IMG/VR virus record: IMGVR_UViG_3300020045_009164
Location: 10,753-74,752 of that record
Length of the DNA: 64,000 nucleotides
Origin: a virus
Taxonomy: Duplodnaviria > Caudoviricetes
Direction: 5' to 3' (one strand)
Shown: piece after piece, positions 45,812-55,292 of the stretch
Numbering within the stretch: the stretch's first letter is position 1
How the letters are laid out: each line of letters starts with the position of its first letter
Program-made: the position numbers and the translations under genes
The notes under the pieces: generated by a model
What the model saw: only the letters and a program-made list of their open reading frames with translations
Database searches by the model: none
What the model was told of the DNA's origin: nothing

Positions 45812-46593
45812 CTACCTCTTCTTATAGGAGTTCTGCAAAAACATATTATCCAAGGTCTGAATAATATCCAGAAAATCAGAATCTTTGAGTACTTTAGCGA
45901 CTCTCTGATTGTAACTTAGTAATGTTCCTAAGTCAATTGGATTAGGGCGGCGGATGGTATATACAGAGCCAGTCTTAGCTGGGACTACTTCAGCGTAATA
46001 GGAGCGGGATCTGGATAGGGCGTAGAAGTGCTGGAGGATTTCACTATAGCAGGGAACTAACACTGGCATGTTCCTCAAACCTTCTGGAGTTTTACCAGTG
46101 TTAGCCTGGAACTGGAGGAGGGTGGGGAGGTTTGCTCCCCACTCGTTCTCCCACTCTAGGAAGGTTATTAGATCTTTTTTACGTCTTCTACGTCAACCTC
46201 ATCTGGGAAGTTTTTACGGTCCCCGCAGAAGTCCAGGCAGTCAGATCGGAAGTCTGGGTATTTGATGAGCATTTCTTTGGCAGCGTCTACCGAGTATGGG
46301 ATTGGCTTGCCTTTGTCGGCTACGCCTTTGCCCCAACCAATGAGGACGGTTTCAGCAATCACTTCGCAGAAAATGCTGGTATCACGGAGGGCGTGAGCTT
46401 TCTCGTCTTGGGCCTTCAGGATCTCCAACATCTTCTTGTTGGCAAGCAGAGTAGCAGAGAGTCTGGTCTTGTAGAGATCATTGGGAATTCTGCGGAGAAG
46501 AACATAGTCCTCAGCTTCGGGACCGACTGCCATCTTCACTCCATCTTCGGCTTTTGTCTTTGAGTATCCATACGATTTGTGCAAATCAAACAT
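45812..46593 (-). CDS. Tail assembly chaperone (gpG 46168..46593) and -1 frameshift extension (gpGT to 45812)
   Basis: A_AAA_AAG slippery site 46180-46174; -1 frame is open (KDLITFLEW...) into ORF 45812..46078. Confidence 0.8.
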
Positions 46594-46694
46594 TGTGTGT
46601 CTCCTTTTAAAAAGTGGTTGTTAAGTGTTACACTCTAGTGTATGGTTGTAACTATAAAGTAGTTCACTAAAAATATCAATAGGAGACTTAAGCC

Positions 46695-46868
46695 ATGAGT
46701 ATTAAAAAGGGCAACCGTATCATCCCGGTAAATTTACCGATCTATCACCAAAAAAAGCTTGAGATGGTGTGTCAGAAGTTGGGAGTCAGCAAGTCAGAAC
46801 TCATCAAGAGATTGATTGAGGGGTATTCACTGTTCCAAGAACCTACGAAGGAGGATAAAAATGGCTAA
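46695..46868 (+). CDS. Ribbon-helix-helix protein (not in ORF track)
   Basis: AGGAG RBS; IPVNLP...KKLE..CQKLGVSKSELIKRLI. Confidence 0.75.
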   Translation: MSIKKGNRIIPVNLPIYHQKKLEMVCQKLGVSKSELIKRLIEGYSLFQEPTKEDKNG

Positions 46869-47130
46869 ATTAAAAGATGTGAGGAAGACGGACTGGTACA
46901 GAAACCTACCAAGAAAGGTAAAAGCCTCAGTAAGGCAGTTTCCACCTGAGGCTGTTGTCATGATAGTTAAAAGTGGAGTCATAGCCCATGTTGAGGCTTA
47001 TGACTGCAAGGGTAGAATACAGTTGTTAATAGACCAAGCTGACAACATGGGTATAGAGGTAGCTCAATTAGAACCTTACCTAGTTAACGGGTATGATCTG
47101 GAAGAACTGGAACTTATCTGTGAGGTGTGA
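46861..47130 (+). CDS. Hypothetical protein coupled to RHH gene
   Basis: AAGGAGG RBS at ATG 46861; antisense to structural operon. Confidence 0.65.
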   Translation: MAKLKDVRKTDWYRNLPRKVKASVRQFPPEAVVMIVKSGVIAHVEAYDCKGRIQLLIDQADNMGIEVAQLEPYLVNGYDLEELELICEV

Positions 47131-47135
47131 AGTAA

Positions 47136-47158
47136 TTGGCTCCCCAAAAGGGAGCCAA
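47136..47158. terminator. Hairpin terminator between convergent genes
   Basis: TTGGCTCCC-CAAAA-GGGAGCCAA. Confidence 0.65.
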
Positions 47159-47162
47159 CTAT

Positions 47163-48035
47163 TTAAAGTTGGAGAAGGCATTGAGCGTGTGACGGATGGC
47201 ATTTTACGCATAGAAGGATGTGGCTGTCAGATGATATAGCTTCCTTACCAAAGATAGAAACAGGCTTTGTATGGTGAAGCTGTAGACTTTTAGATGGTGT
47301 GTCTGAACCACATTTTTCACAAAATGTGTAGTTGAACGCGTCCATCTGTAAAGCTAGCAGAGCTTTTCTTACCTGTCGCTGACACCTTCTGGCTTCTTTG
47401 GTTTCGGAGTCTGGTACATATTGAGAGGAGCGTGGGTCGATTTGTACGTGAGGTTTGAACCCAAAGGTAGGACATAACTCCTTACACTCTTCACTGCAAT
47501 AAAAATTCAACTCCCCTTTAGATTTACCAGTTAGCGCTTGTATCCTCTTATTAACCTGTCTACTTGTAGGGGTGAATCTTTCGTTACAATATTTACAGAC
47601 AACAGTTATTACTCCGTCAACAAACTCAGGCTCGTCTGTAACTGGCAACTCCTTTATATACTTCTCTGATTTAGACGGTTTTCCAGATATGTCCCTCAGT
47701 TTCTCATTTAATATAGCTCTGTTGGCAGCACGGTAGTTCTTTGCATATTCCAGTTTAGGCTCTTTTTTATCTATATACCTAGCCTTGTGGTAAACAGATC
47801 TCTTGTCCTTATTCTTTACATAAGTCTTCTTTGCTATCTCCCTAGCTCTGTCTGGGTTTTCTTTAACCCATTTAGCAGACGCAGCTCTCTGCTTATCGCG
47901 GTTCTTTAACCCCCATTCATATTGGGCTATCTTAGCACACTCTTTACACATAGCCCTCCTTGATTTCTTCTTAGAATTCAACCACCCGAAATCTTCGTCT
48001 TCCTTCTCAGCCCCACACTTAGTACAAATTTTCAT
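47163..48035 (-). CDS. HNH endonuclease with N-terminal Zn fingers
   Basis: CTKC/CKEC, CKYC/YCSEEC; C-terminal CEKC..LQLHH...LLCVKCH. Confidence 0.8.
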   Translation of the reverse strand: MKICTKCGAEKEDEDFGWLNSKKKSRRAMCKECAKIAQYEWGLKNRDKQRAASAKWVKENPDRAREIAKKTYVKNKDKRSVYHKARYIDKKEPKLEYAKNYRAANRAILNEKLRDISGKPSKSEKYIKELPVTDEPEFVDGVITVVCKYCNERFTPTSRQVNKRIQALTGKSKGELNFYCSEECKELCPTFGFKPHVQIDPRSSQYVPDSETKEARRCQRQVRKALLALQMDAFNYTFCEKCGSDTPSKSLQLHHTKPVSIFGKEAISSDSHILLCVKCHPSHAQCLLQL

Positions 48036-48139
48036 AAGATACCTCTTGCTTAAATTTAGTAAGTAATGCTATAGTGATCATGCTAGTAAAAGCATAAGCC
48101 AAAAGTAGCATTAACTCAACTAAAAACTTAGGAGATATT

Positions 48140-48328
48140 ATGAAATTTTTAGAGTTTAAAGAAAAGACTGGGTACTCTTACAGGGAGATATCTGAAGGGA
48201 CAGGCATACCAGGGAGATCTTTACAGAGATTGTTTACAGAGAAGCCAGGAAGTATAAGTCTGAAGACAGCAAAGAAGATAGTGGATTGGAGTAGGGGTGA
48301 AGTTTCTTTCTGCGATCTATGTGAGTAG
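48140..48328 (+). CDS. XRE-type HTH regulator, divergent from HNH gene
   Basis: SYREISEGTGIPGRSLQRL...SLKTAKKI. Confidence 0.8.
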   Translation: MKFLEFKEKTGYSYREISEGTGIPGRSLQRLFTEKPGSISLKTAKKIVDWSRGEVSFCDLCE

Positions 48329-48333
48329 AAACA

Positions 48334-48362
48334 ACTGGCTCCCTAAACAGCAGGGAGCCAGT
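48334..48362 (-). terminator. Terminator after major tail gene
   Basis: ACTGGCTCCCT/AGGGAGCCAGT; TGTTTC on - strand. Confidence 0.7.
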
Positions 48363-48372
48363 ATTCTATATC

Positions 48373-49575
48373 TTACAGAGCACCCATTACGTCGAAGGCA
48401 ATCATAGAGCCTAACGTACTGTCGGAGCTTGTTTCCAGGTTAAAGGCCATAAGTACATCACTGCCCGCCGCACCGCCATCAATACTAGCAGATGTGAGTT
48501 TAGCGCGAGGAATACTAAAGGCCAATCCATTGCCGTCAGCATCGGTAACACACATAGACAAACTAATGGGTAAATCTGTTAATTGCTTGTTATAAAGAGC
48601 AGACGTAGCAGCCGTGCCAAAGAACACGCTACCGCTGCAAGTTATTGAAAAAGCGTCGAAAGCAATCCCAGAAGGAGCAAGACCACTGCCAAGGCACCTA
48701 CGCTCTCTCGCGCCAGCACTTACATCCAGACTCAGGGAGGCAATACACCCCTCACCCAAATCTGTACCATCAACCAGTGCGTGCGTACCAACCACCGTGT
48801 TATAGGTAGTCGAAACTGTAGCAGCAACAGCAGTAGCAATCCCTGGGAAAAGGGATGCCTCACCATGGACTTCGGGTTCTTTACACATAAAGCCGAAACT
48901 ACCAGAAACTCTCTCTGAAGGAGAGTAGGAGAGATTCATTGACGTTACATAGGTATCACGGAAAGTAAAAAATTTGGCTACGTCCGCCAATTCACGCTCC
49001 AGTGTAAAAAATCTAGTTGTATCATTGCCTTGCTTATACCTTGTGCTTGAAATAATGCACTCGGAAGAAGTAGAGTCAGCACTAATATCCTTAACAACTG
49101 TCTCTACTACGATAGCAGTAGCCAGAGGAGCAGTAGTCAAACTGGCTCTATAGATACCGTTGTTGCCTGCTATGTTATCTCCAGCTATGCGAAACCATTG
49201 ACCTTTTTCTAGAACAGGCAAGTTACCACCAGCAGACGAGATAATGTGGGTGGCCTTGGTCATGACTAGATCAGTAACAGTTTTAGTACCCCCCACTGCT
49301 ACAGGGACAGGATCATCAGCCAACAGAGCCGACAAGAATTCCTCATGTGTCCCATGGGACCAGTTAATGTTAATGGAACCAGCAACAGAGCCGGATACCA
49401 AGGTGGAATCACCACGGCCACGATCTGCCCGCAACTCGTTGTCAGGGGAACTTGAGGTGGTCTGGGTGATAGCCCCACCAGTAACACGCCAAGTTTGGGG
49501 ATTACCTGACTCAATGACTCCAGGGTCCTGCTGCTCTAAAAACCGCCAGACTGTACTAGATGAACTTGATGGCAT
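48373..49575 (-). CDS. Major tail tube protein
   Basis: R.TG......S.EL..DR......G.SVAG.I...S.G pattern; position in tail module. Confidence 0.8.
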   Translation of the reverse strand: MPSSSSSTVWRFLEQQDPGVIESGNPQTWRVTGGAITQTTSSSPDNELRADRGRGDSTLVSGSVAGSININWSHGTHEEFLSALLADDPVPVAVGGTKTVTDLVMTKATHIISSAGGNLPVLEKGQWFRIAGDNIAGNNGIYRASLTTAPLATAIVVETVVKDISADSTSSECIISSTRYKQGNDTTRFFTLERELADVAKFFTFRDTYVTSMNLSYSPSERVSGSFGFMCKEPEVHGEASLFPGIATAVAATVSTTYNTVVGTHALVDGTDLGEGCIASLSLDVSAGARERRCLGSGLAPSGIAFDAFSITCSGSVFFGTAATSALYNKQLTDLPISLSMCVTDADGNGLAFSIPRAKLTSASIDGGAAGSDVLMAFNLETSSDSTLGSMIAFDVMGAL

Positions 49576-49594
49576 ACTAAGCTCCTTTTAAATT

Positions 49595-50008
49595 TTATAC
49601 ATTGAAGTAGTCAATATCAAACGCCAAATAGTTCATCACACCATCGAACCCTGGCTTACCTTTGTTGTCGTATGGTAGCACACTGTAGAAATTAATACCA
49701 CTTAAATTCTTGTATCCGAAATAACTATAGAGCATATCTGAGTAATCAGTAAAAAGCTTCTCACCCTTACCAGCCCTAGCGTAGTGATTTAGTATTAATG
49801 CTCCAGCCACTTCCAAATCTGCTCTGGCATGAATACCCATCGTCTGTGATTTCCAGGAAATCTCCACCCCAACAAAAGGATTGACAGAGTGTTCTACATC
49901 AGTCCTCCACGCTTTTGGGTAGTTAACTTCCATGGTTGGGTAGTTAGCATCGTGGAAACTCTTCACAAGAGTCACTAGCTTAACCCTGGTTGATTCATAT
50001 GGATTCAT
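49595..50008 (-). CDS. Tail terminator-like protein
   Basis: Size and position before tail tube. Confidence 0.55.
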   Translation of the reverse strand: MNPYESTRVKLVTLVKSFHDANYPTMEVNYPKAWRTDVEHSVNPFVGVEISWKSQTMGIHARADLEVAGALILNHYARAGKGEKLFTDYSDMLYSYFGYKNLSGINFYSVLPYDNKGKPGFDGVMNYLAFDIDYFNV

Positions 50009-50574
50009 GATTTAGCCCTGAAAGCGTGAAACTCTGGAGAGTCGTAGATTATGGTCTTGTTGGCCAGTGACTGCATCTGAGCAGCAGCTTGCGCCATAGC
50101 GTGAGCGCCCTCTTTATTCCCATCCCGTAGCTCCCCTGCCTCAAGACTCTCAACAATCTCAGAGTCTTCAAACCTGTTGTATATGGTTACCTCCTGTAAC
50201 CACCCTGAGGACTTTTTTATGTGAGCGGTAAGGTTCTTTACGATGTTGGGGTTTTCCTTCCTGGCTATATAGACAGCAGCCATATTACCACGAATAAAGA
50301 CATCTTGAATGTTTTGCTTGTGTGGAAAGTACTCCACTCCACCCTTGTTACCGCCATACGCTCCAGCTCTAACGGCCATATTAGCCACAAAGTTACCAGT
50401 GTACTGAGGAGCGTTCAGGAGCAGATCATCAAAGGCCACAGCGATCATACCAGCCATGCACTCAGCAACTTCTTTTCTGATGTTCATCTGTTTGGAGAGC
50501 ATCTTGGCAGTCTTCCTACCTCCACTCACACCCGAGATGTCAACGCCGTCTATCTTAATGGATATATCCATCAT
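50005..50574 (-). CDS. Neck/tail completion protein (HK97 gp10-like)
   Basis: APQYTGNFVAN motif; synteny. Confidence 0.6.
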   Translation of the reverse strand: MMDISIKIDGVDISGVSGGRKTAKMLSKQMNIRKEVAECMAGMIAVAFDDLLLNAPQYTGNFVANMAVRAGAYGGNKGGVEYFPHKQNIQDVFIRGNMAAVYIARKENPNIVKNLTAHIKKSSGWLQEVTIYNRFEDSEIVESLEAGELRDGNKEGAHAMAQAAAQMQSLANKTIIYDSPEFHAFRAKS

Positions 50575-51410
50575 AATATTTTCCTCCCCTGAACAGTCCA
50601 GAAGGTTCCGTTATCCTCAAAAGACTCTATCCGGTATTTCCCTATGGTATCGCCAACCTTGACTGTGGTCACAACTGATTTTAGAAAGGAGATGGATCTA
50701 TCGCCAGCCTCCAGCTTCACATATCCCAAGGCTTCGTGTTGGAAGTCAAAGACCACGTATTCTACGAAGCAAGCCACTCCAGTAACAGCAGCAGGAGGAG
50801 TATGAGTATCAGTAGCTGGGTCATATGTTGTACCAAGGGCCTGGAAGGTGTAGGACTGGATGGGACTCTGTAGTTCCACAGCCTCAACAGCCCCAAAGCC
50901 TATGTCGTCAATCCTGGAATCCTCTCTTGCTCTGTAATACTTACTCCCGCCATAGATTATGCTGCCTTGGGCAATTGTGTAGTAAGAGCTGAAGGTGATC
51001 TCGTAGCCACCAAGGTAATCCGACTGTTCCTCCAGTACGTTTCTACGAACATAGGAAGGCACCATGTAAGCGTCTGTGGTGCCACCAGTATTTGAAAGCA
51101 CCTGACCGATGTCTCTGATAGTGTACTGAGTTTCTACCGGCAGGATGGCGTATTTGGCCCTGATCTCATCACCCTGGAAGAAGTCTGAGGACTTGTGAGA
51201 GACAACAAACTTCATTCCACTACTGGTGACTGTCCTTTTGGTGGGGATAGTCACAGCAGGGGAAACATCTAGGATTCTTCTGGTTGCAGAAGAAGCTGAT
51301 CTGGTGCTGTCTGCAAAAGGTAGGATCTGACCATAGAAGAAAGCAGTCCCGTAGGAGTCAGTGAATAACTGCTCATTGAAATAACTCGCTGCTTCTTTGA
51401 GGGTCATCAT
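50571..51410 (-). CDS. Head-closure/stopper-like virion protein
   Basis: Synteny. Confidence 0.5.
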   Translation of the reverse strand: MMTLKEAASYFNEQLFTDSYGTAFFYGQILPFADSTRSASSATRRILDVSPAVTIPTKRTVTSSGMKFVVSHKSSDFFQGDEIRAKYAILPVETQYTIRDIGQVLSNTGGTTDAYMVPSYVRRNVLEEQSDYLGGYEITFSSYYTIAQGSIIYGGSKYYRAREDSRIDDIGFGAVEAVELQSPIQSYTFQALGTTYDPATDTHTPPAAVTGVACFVEYVVFDFQHEALGYVKLEAGDRSISFLKSVVTTVKVGDTIGKYRIESFEDNGTFWTVQGRKIL

Positions 51411-51904
51411 ACGCCTGTCACCGGATCAACAGCAGGTTTCACAGTTGTCATAAACGGCATTGCTGTGATAGCTGAGGCATTGATGTTCTCTATGCGATAT
51501 CTAACCTCGTCCAGCTTCTTGGTGATTGCCTCTATGACATCTTGAAAAGTTGCCTCTGGTGAGAATCTGACGAGAGATGCCTTGCCATCTGCAATGGACT
51601 TTGGAGCTTTCATTGACAAACTCGTGGCCACTTCCATGGAAACTGTGTAAGTAGCGAACATCCTTGTCAGATTGTAGAGTTTCTGTTGTAAAGCAGTTCT
51701 CTCTGTCATAGCTTTTATGGCTATGTATCTGGTGTCAAGAGGTCCAGGCCCAGGTTCTTCTGTGGGTATTGTGATCTCAGCCAGAGCAAGCCCAAGGACG
51801 TTGTCGTATATCTCCAGAGCGAGTTCCGTATCCGGGAGTTCCTTTTCAGAGACACCCAATGTAGTGCGCACCTCTGCATAGCTAGTATATGTAGTTATTG
51901 CCAT
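51407..51904 (-). CDS. Head-tail adaptor-like protein
   Basis: YT..AEVR..LGV...ELPD motif; synteny. Confidence 0.6.
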   Translation of the reverse strand: MAITTYTSYAEVRTTLGVSEKELPDTELALEIYDNVLGLALAEITIPTEEPGPGPLDTRYIAIKAMTERTALQQKLYNLTRMFATYTVSMEVATSLSMKAPKSIADGKASLVRFSPEATFQDVIEAITKKLDEVRYRIENINASAITAMPFMTTVKPAVDPVTGV

Positions 51905-52182
51905 AGCTTAACCAGACCTACATTCATTTGAGACTCAAGCCAGCCATCCATGTAGAGTTCAACCGGAGTGGTGGTGTCTACGTGCCTGTATTGGAAGGGA
52001 TGGTACAGGTTGAACTTGGTAGCTATGTAGAGGAGCTTATCAGGATTAATACTTTCTTGTGGGGTTGGTTCTGCTAAAATTTCTGGCTCTTGTGGCATGA
52101 TTAGTTCTTCCGCGCCAAATGCTTCAGAAATTTCTAATTCTACAGGAGTCTTGAGTTCTACCTTCTTCTTGGGCCTTGCCAT
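51895..52182 (-). CDS. Hypothetical head-associated protein
   Basis: AAGGAGACTC RBS; first gene after capsid in structural order. Confidence 0.6.
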   Translation of the reverse strand: MARPKKKVELKTPVELEISEAFGAEELIMPQEPEILAEPTPQESINPDKLLYIATKFNLYHPFQYRHVDTTTPVELYMDGWLESQMNVGLVKLWQ

Positions 52183-52216
52183 TATGAGTCTCCTTTTATA
52201 TTAAAGTGTTGTTGTG

Positions 52217-52245
52217 ATTGTAATGTTTTTTGCTTAGGACCGCAA
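52217..52245 (-). promoter_or_regulatory. sigma70 promoter restarting the late operon
   Basis: TTGCGG-17bp-TACAAT. Confidence 0.65.
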
Positions 52246-52309
52246 TATATTACTTGTAATATGGTATTAGTCGGGGTAAGGTAGTGTAAATACCTAAAGG
52301 AGGAATAGT

Positions 52310-52477
52310 ATGCCTAGAAAGAAAACTGATATGCGCCGTAGGACAATGTTTATCTCAGATGCTATCTGGGAGAGGGTTGAGAAGTTGGCTGTGGTCAAAG
52401 GTTCTGGTGTTTCGGATCTTGTTCGTAGAGCTATTGTGGAGTTATTGGAGAAATTAGAGGTAAAGGAGAGCAGATGA
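52310..52477 (+). CDS. Ribbon-helix-helix protein (not in ORF track)
   Basis: AAGGAGG RBS; RRRTMFISDAIWERVEKLA...GVSDLVRRAIVELL; ATGA-coupled to next gene. Confidence 0.8.
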   Translation: MPRKKTDMRRRTMFISDAIWERVEKLAVVKGSGVSDLVRRAIVELLEKLEVKESR

Positions 52478-53028
52478 AAATATATGAAGGGTACTTAACA
52501 GAAGAGAAACTAGGTGATTTTCTTCAGCTAGTGTTTCCAGAAGGAGAATGGATTTATAACAAAGTCATTCCAGGTTCTGGAAGCAAACTGCGACCAGATT
52601 ACAGAAACGATTATTATATGTTAGTTGTAGAATATGATGGTCCAGGACATTATACAAATGTCAACACTACGCACAGAGATCTAGAAATATACGATGTGTG
52701 CTGCAAAAATGGTTACACATTCATATCCATACCATATTTCCTACAAATAGATGATTGTCTGTTCAGCGCAGTATTCAAGCCAGCTGGAGCTATATGTCCA
52801 GACGGAGTAGAAATGAGTAACTACCCGCAGGGCTTTATACTAGATACCTGTGTTTTCCCCGCTAGCTACTGTCAGAATGGGTTATTACGATTTTCCCTAG
52901 AGATGGACAGGGAGTTTTGGCCATATAAAGATGATATAATGGCCACACTTGACCGACACGCTGAGAGGATTGGAGAGACTAGAGTACACTCTCTGATCAG
53001 ATATGAAAAATTTCTGGAATTACGTTAA
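52474..53028 (+). CDS. Vsr/DUF559-like PD-(D/E)XK endonuclease
   Basis: RPDY...VVEYDGPGHY...RD. Confidence 0.7.
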   Translation: MKIYEGYLTEEKLGDFLQLVFPEGEWIYNKVIPGSGSKLRPDYRNDYYMLVVEYDGPGHYTNVNTTHRDLEIYDVCCKNGYTFISIPYFLQIDDCLFSAVFKPAGAICPDGVEMSNYPQGFILDTCVFPASYCQNGLLRFSLEMDREFWPYKDDIMATLDRHAERIGETRVHSLIRYEKFLELR

Positions 53029-53034
53029 ATAAGA

Positions 53035-53066
53035 AAAGCCCTACCAGATTTCTCTGGTGGGGCTTT
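53035..53066. terminator. Bidirectional terminator between capsid and Vsr-like gene
   Basis: AAAGCCCTACCAGA/TCTGGTGGGGCTTT. Confidence 0.75.
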
Positions 53067-53086
53067 AAGGAACTGCCAGCTATCTC

Positions 53087-54307
53087 TTAGATAGTCATGC
53101 TATAGACATCAAATGCTTCATCATACATACGCCCGACCAATGCTCCTTTATCAAACCTCAACTGGGTAGTTTTGAGCATGATTAAATTTTCCGAAGCCTC
53201 GTAATCAGCACTGGAGCTTGTTACCTTAAACAAAGCATCAGACCTGTCCAGGGACATGATCGTGTTGGCAGGCCAGCCAGAGTCAGAAGGCATAATGACG
53301 AAACTGATATTGTCAGGCATGGCCGGATACGCAATGCGGAACGGAACATCAATTCTGTCGGTAGAATTGTTGTGCATTACCGTGGGTTTATCGAGACGAT
53401 TCTCAATGGACATTAGTGCTGCGTAGTCCATGACCATGTCCGTCTTGGTCATTTTCATTGAGTTATTATAAAAAATCTTATTCCAGGCAAGCTGCGTCAT
53501 AACGCCGTTAGCCACAATGGTAGCATCCAGGGTATTGACTTTGGTCTGAGCAAGCGCAGACTTGGCAGTAGCCATTGGGGTGTTAGTTGCGTCAGCATCC
53601 CCATTAAGTATTTTCAGCAAGATGGCCAGCCACTCTGCGTATCCAGAACGCTTATAAAAGCGAGTAAGGGTACGTGCTACCAAGTCAAGAGAGTTGTTAG
53701 CCAGAGCCTTGTTGGAGATCTGCATCCCAATCGTGTAAGTCGGTATAGTCCGTGCTATGTCACTAGCGGTGATGCCTAACATAACTGGAGGAGGTGCATT
53801 CTGTGCTGCCCTCTGCCATGCTGAATCCTCTGGACCTTTCTTGCCACTGAATGATATCACCGGCTGCTCGAAGCGATCCCCTGCAATAACTTCACGTGAA
53901 CCAACCAAGTTCTCAAAAGCAGCTACAGCAGGATCAGTATCACTATCCAAAGCTGCGTTAACGGCTTCCATGAGCGCCGGGGGGAATAAAATTCTGCTAT
54001 CCGGGATGGCAGGGAAGTTAGTGATAGTGCCACCAGTCTGATTAGTCGCCAACGGATTCAGCATCTGTTGGAGATTCGCTGCTGGGATTCCAAGGTCTTG
54101 GTCTGCACGAAAACGCAATCCAGCAGATGCACACATCTGCGAGAAAGCATCAGGATCTCCAGGAAGAGTTGGGTACTGACGATTAAGGTATTGTCTAACG
54201 GTGAGTTTTTCGTCAGCAGCAGCCCGATGAACATACATAGGATTGCCAAACTGAACAAGGTCCACCTGTTGCCGTGCGCCTGTATTGTCTACAAATGAAA
54301 CTGCCAT
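53087..54307 (-). CDS. Major capsid protein
   Basis: 406 aa after protease/scaffold/decoration genes and followed by terminator. Confidence 0.8.
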   Translation of the reverse strand: MAVSFVDNTGARQQVDLVQFGNPMYVHRAAADEKLTVRQYLNRQYPTLPGDPDAFSQMCASAGLRFRADQDLGIPAANLQQMLNPLATNQTGGTITNFPAIPDSRILFPPALMEAVNAALDSDTDPAVAAFENLVGSREVIAGDRFEQPVISFSGKKGPEDSAWQRAAQNAPPPVMLGITASDIARTIPTYTIGMQISNKALANNSLDLVARTLTRFYKRSGYAEWLAILLKILNGDADATNTPMATAKSALAQTKVNTLDATIVANGVMTQLAWNKIFYNNSMKMTKTDMVMDYAALMSIENRLDKPTVMHNNSTDRIDVPFRIAYPAMPDNISFVIMPSDSGWPANTIMSLDRSDALFKVTSSSADYEASENLIMLKTTQLRFDKGALVGRMYDEAFDVYSMTI

Positions 54308-54318
54308 CTTAATTCTCC

Positions 54319-54738
54319 TTATAATTTTTCAATCAAGACATCGGCAGTATCCAAGCCCGACCCAGAAATAATTTGCCACTGCTTCTGAGTAGCTGCCACC
54401 AGAGTGTGAGTTGAAACCTTACCCCAGTTAGCTCCAAGAGCAGTACCGGCAGCGGTGTTGGCTGCGGCTTCTACCAGTGTACCTACAGCTGAAGCACCAT
54501 CAAGGGTTACGTAAGTACGACCCTCAATCAGGACACCGCAAACTACCTTCCCGTCTTCCGTGCCAACCTCTACCGATTCTATGAACCCGTAGATCTGGTC
54601 GCCGTCTGCACACAAGGCCAAAAGGTCCGTGGCACTTAGCTTAACCGGCTTGTTGACATCGGCGTCCGTAATGGCACCATCAACCTTGAACATTACTACT
54701 CGGTTGGTTCCTACATTCACTTTTTGTGTTGCTGACAT
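54319..54738 (-). CDS. Head decoration/cement protein
   Basis: DVNKPVKL...LCADGDQI.GF..SVE..T.DG...G pattern; synteny. Confidence 0.65.
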   Translation of the reverse strand: MSATQKVNVGTNRVVMFKVDGAITDADVNKPVKLSATDLLALCADGDQIYGFIESVEVGTEDGKVVCGVLIEGRTYVTLDGASAVGTLVEAAANTAAGTALGANWGKVSTHTLVAATQKQWQIISGSGLDTADVLIEKL

Positions 54739-54753
54739 TTCGTATTACTCCTT

Positions 54754-55272
54754 TTAAAATCCAAGCGACTTGTAGGCAGATGCCTCTACACTTGAGTTAA
54801 CAGCTTTTTCTTGTTTGTTCTCCACCTTAGGCTCAGGAACAACAGAACCCACCGGCAGAGCTTTCATGAAGCTCTCAGCAGTATTTTCATACTCAGTTAC
54901 CAGAGCATCAATACTGAATTTACTCATATCAACAGCGGCAAAGCGAAGACCAATCCGCATCTTGGAAACCTGACCGGCAACAATGGTCTTCAGAGCCTCA
55001 GCACCAACTTCAATCTGGCTGGCCTTGGCTTCAGCTTCGGCCAATTTTCCAGCGAGATCAGCATTAGCAGCCTGAGCAGCTTCCAGATCAAGGATGACCT
55101 TAGCTGTTTCTTCTTCGCAGTTGTCTTCTTCTTTGTCGTCTTCGACGGCTTCAGGAGTTACTTCAGTAGTAGCCTCCATCTCAGCCAGTTGTTCGGCTGT
55201 AGGCTGCTCTACCGACTCATCGGTAGCCATCATAGCCTGAAGTGCAGCTTCAGACAGAATCTTCTTTTTCAT
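54754..55272 (-). CDS. Scaffolding protein
   Basis: Acidic A/E-rich coiled coil between protease and capsid. Confidence 0.65.
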   Translation of the reverse strand: MKKKILSEAALQAMMATDESVEQPTAEQLAEMEATTEVTPEAVEDDKEEDNCEEETAKVILDLEAAQAANADLAGKLAEAEAKASQIEVGAEALKTIVAGQVSKMRIGLRFAAVDMSKFSIDALVTEYENTAESFMKALPVGSVVPEPKVENKQEKAVNSSVEASAYKSLGF

Positions 55273-55292
55273 AGTGTTACACTCCAGTTAAA

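Noticed and set aside
38865-45919. Many + strand ORFs (60-194 aa) opposite the tape measure gene, and similar antisense ORFs across the window
   Set aside because: Ser/Ala-rich shadow frames of real genes; no RBS or motifs
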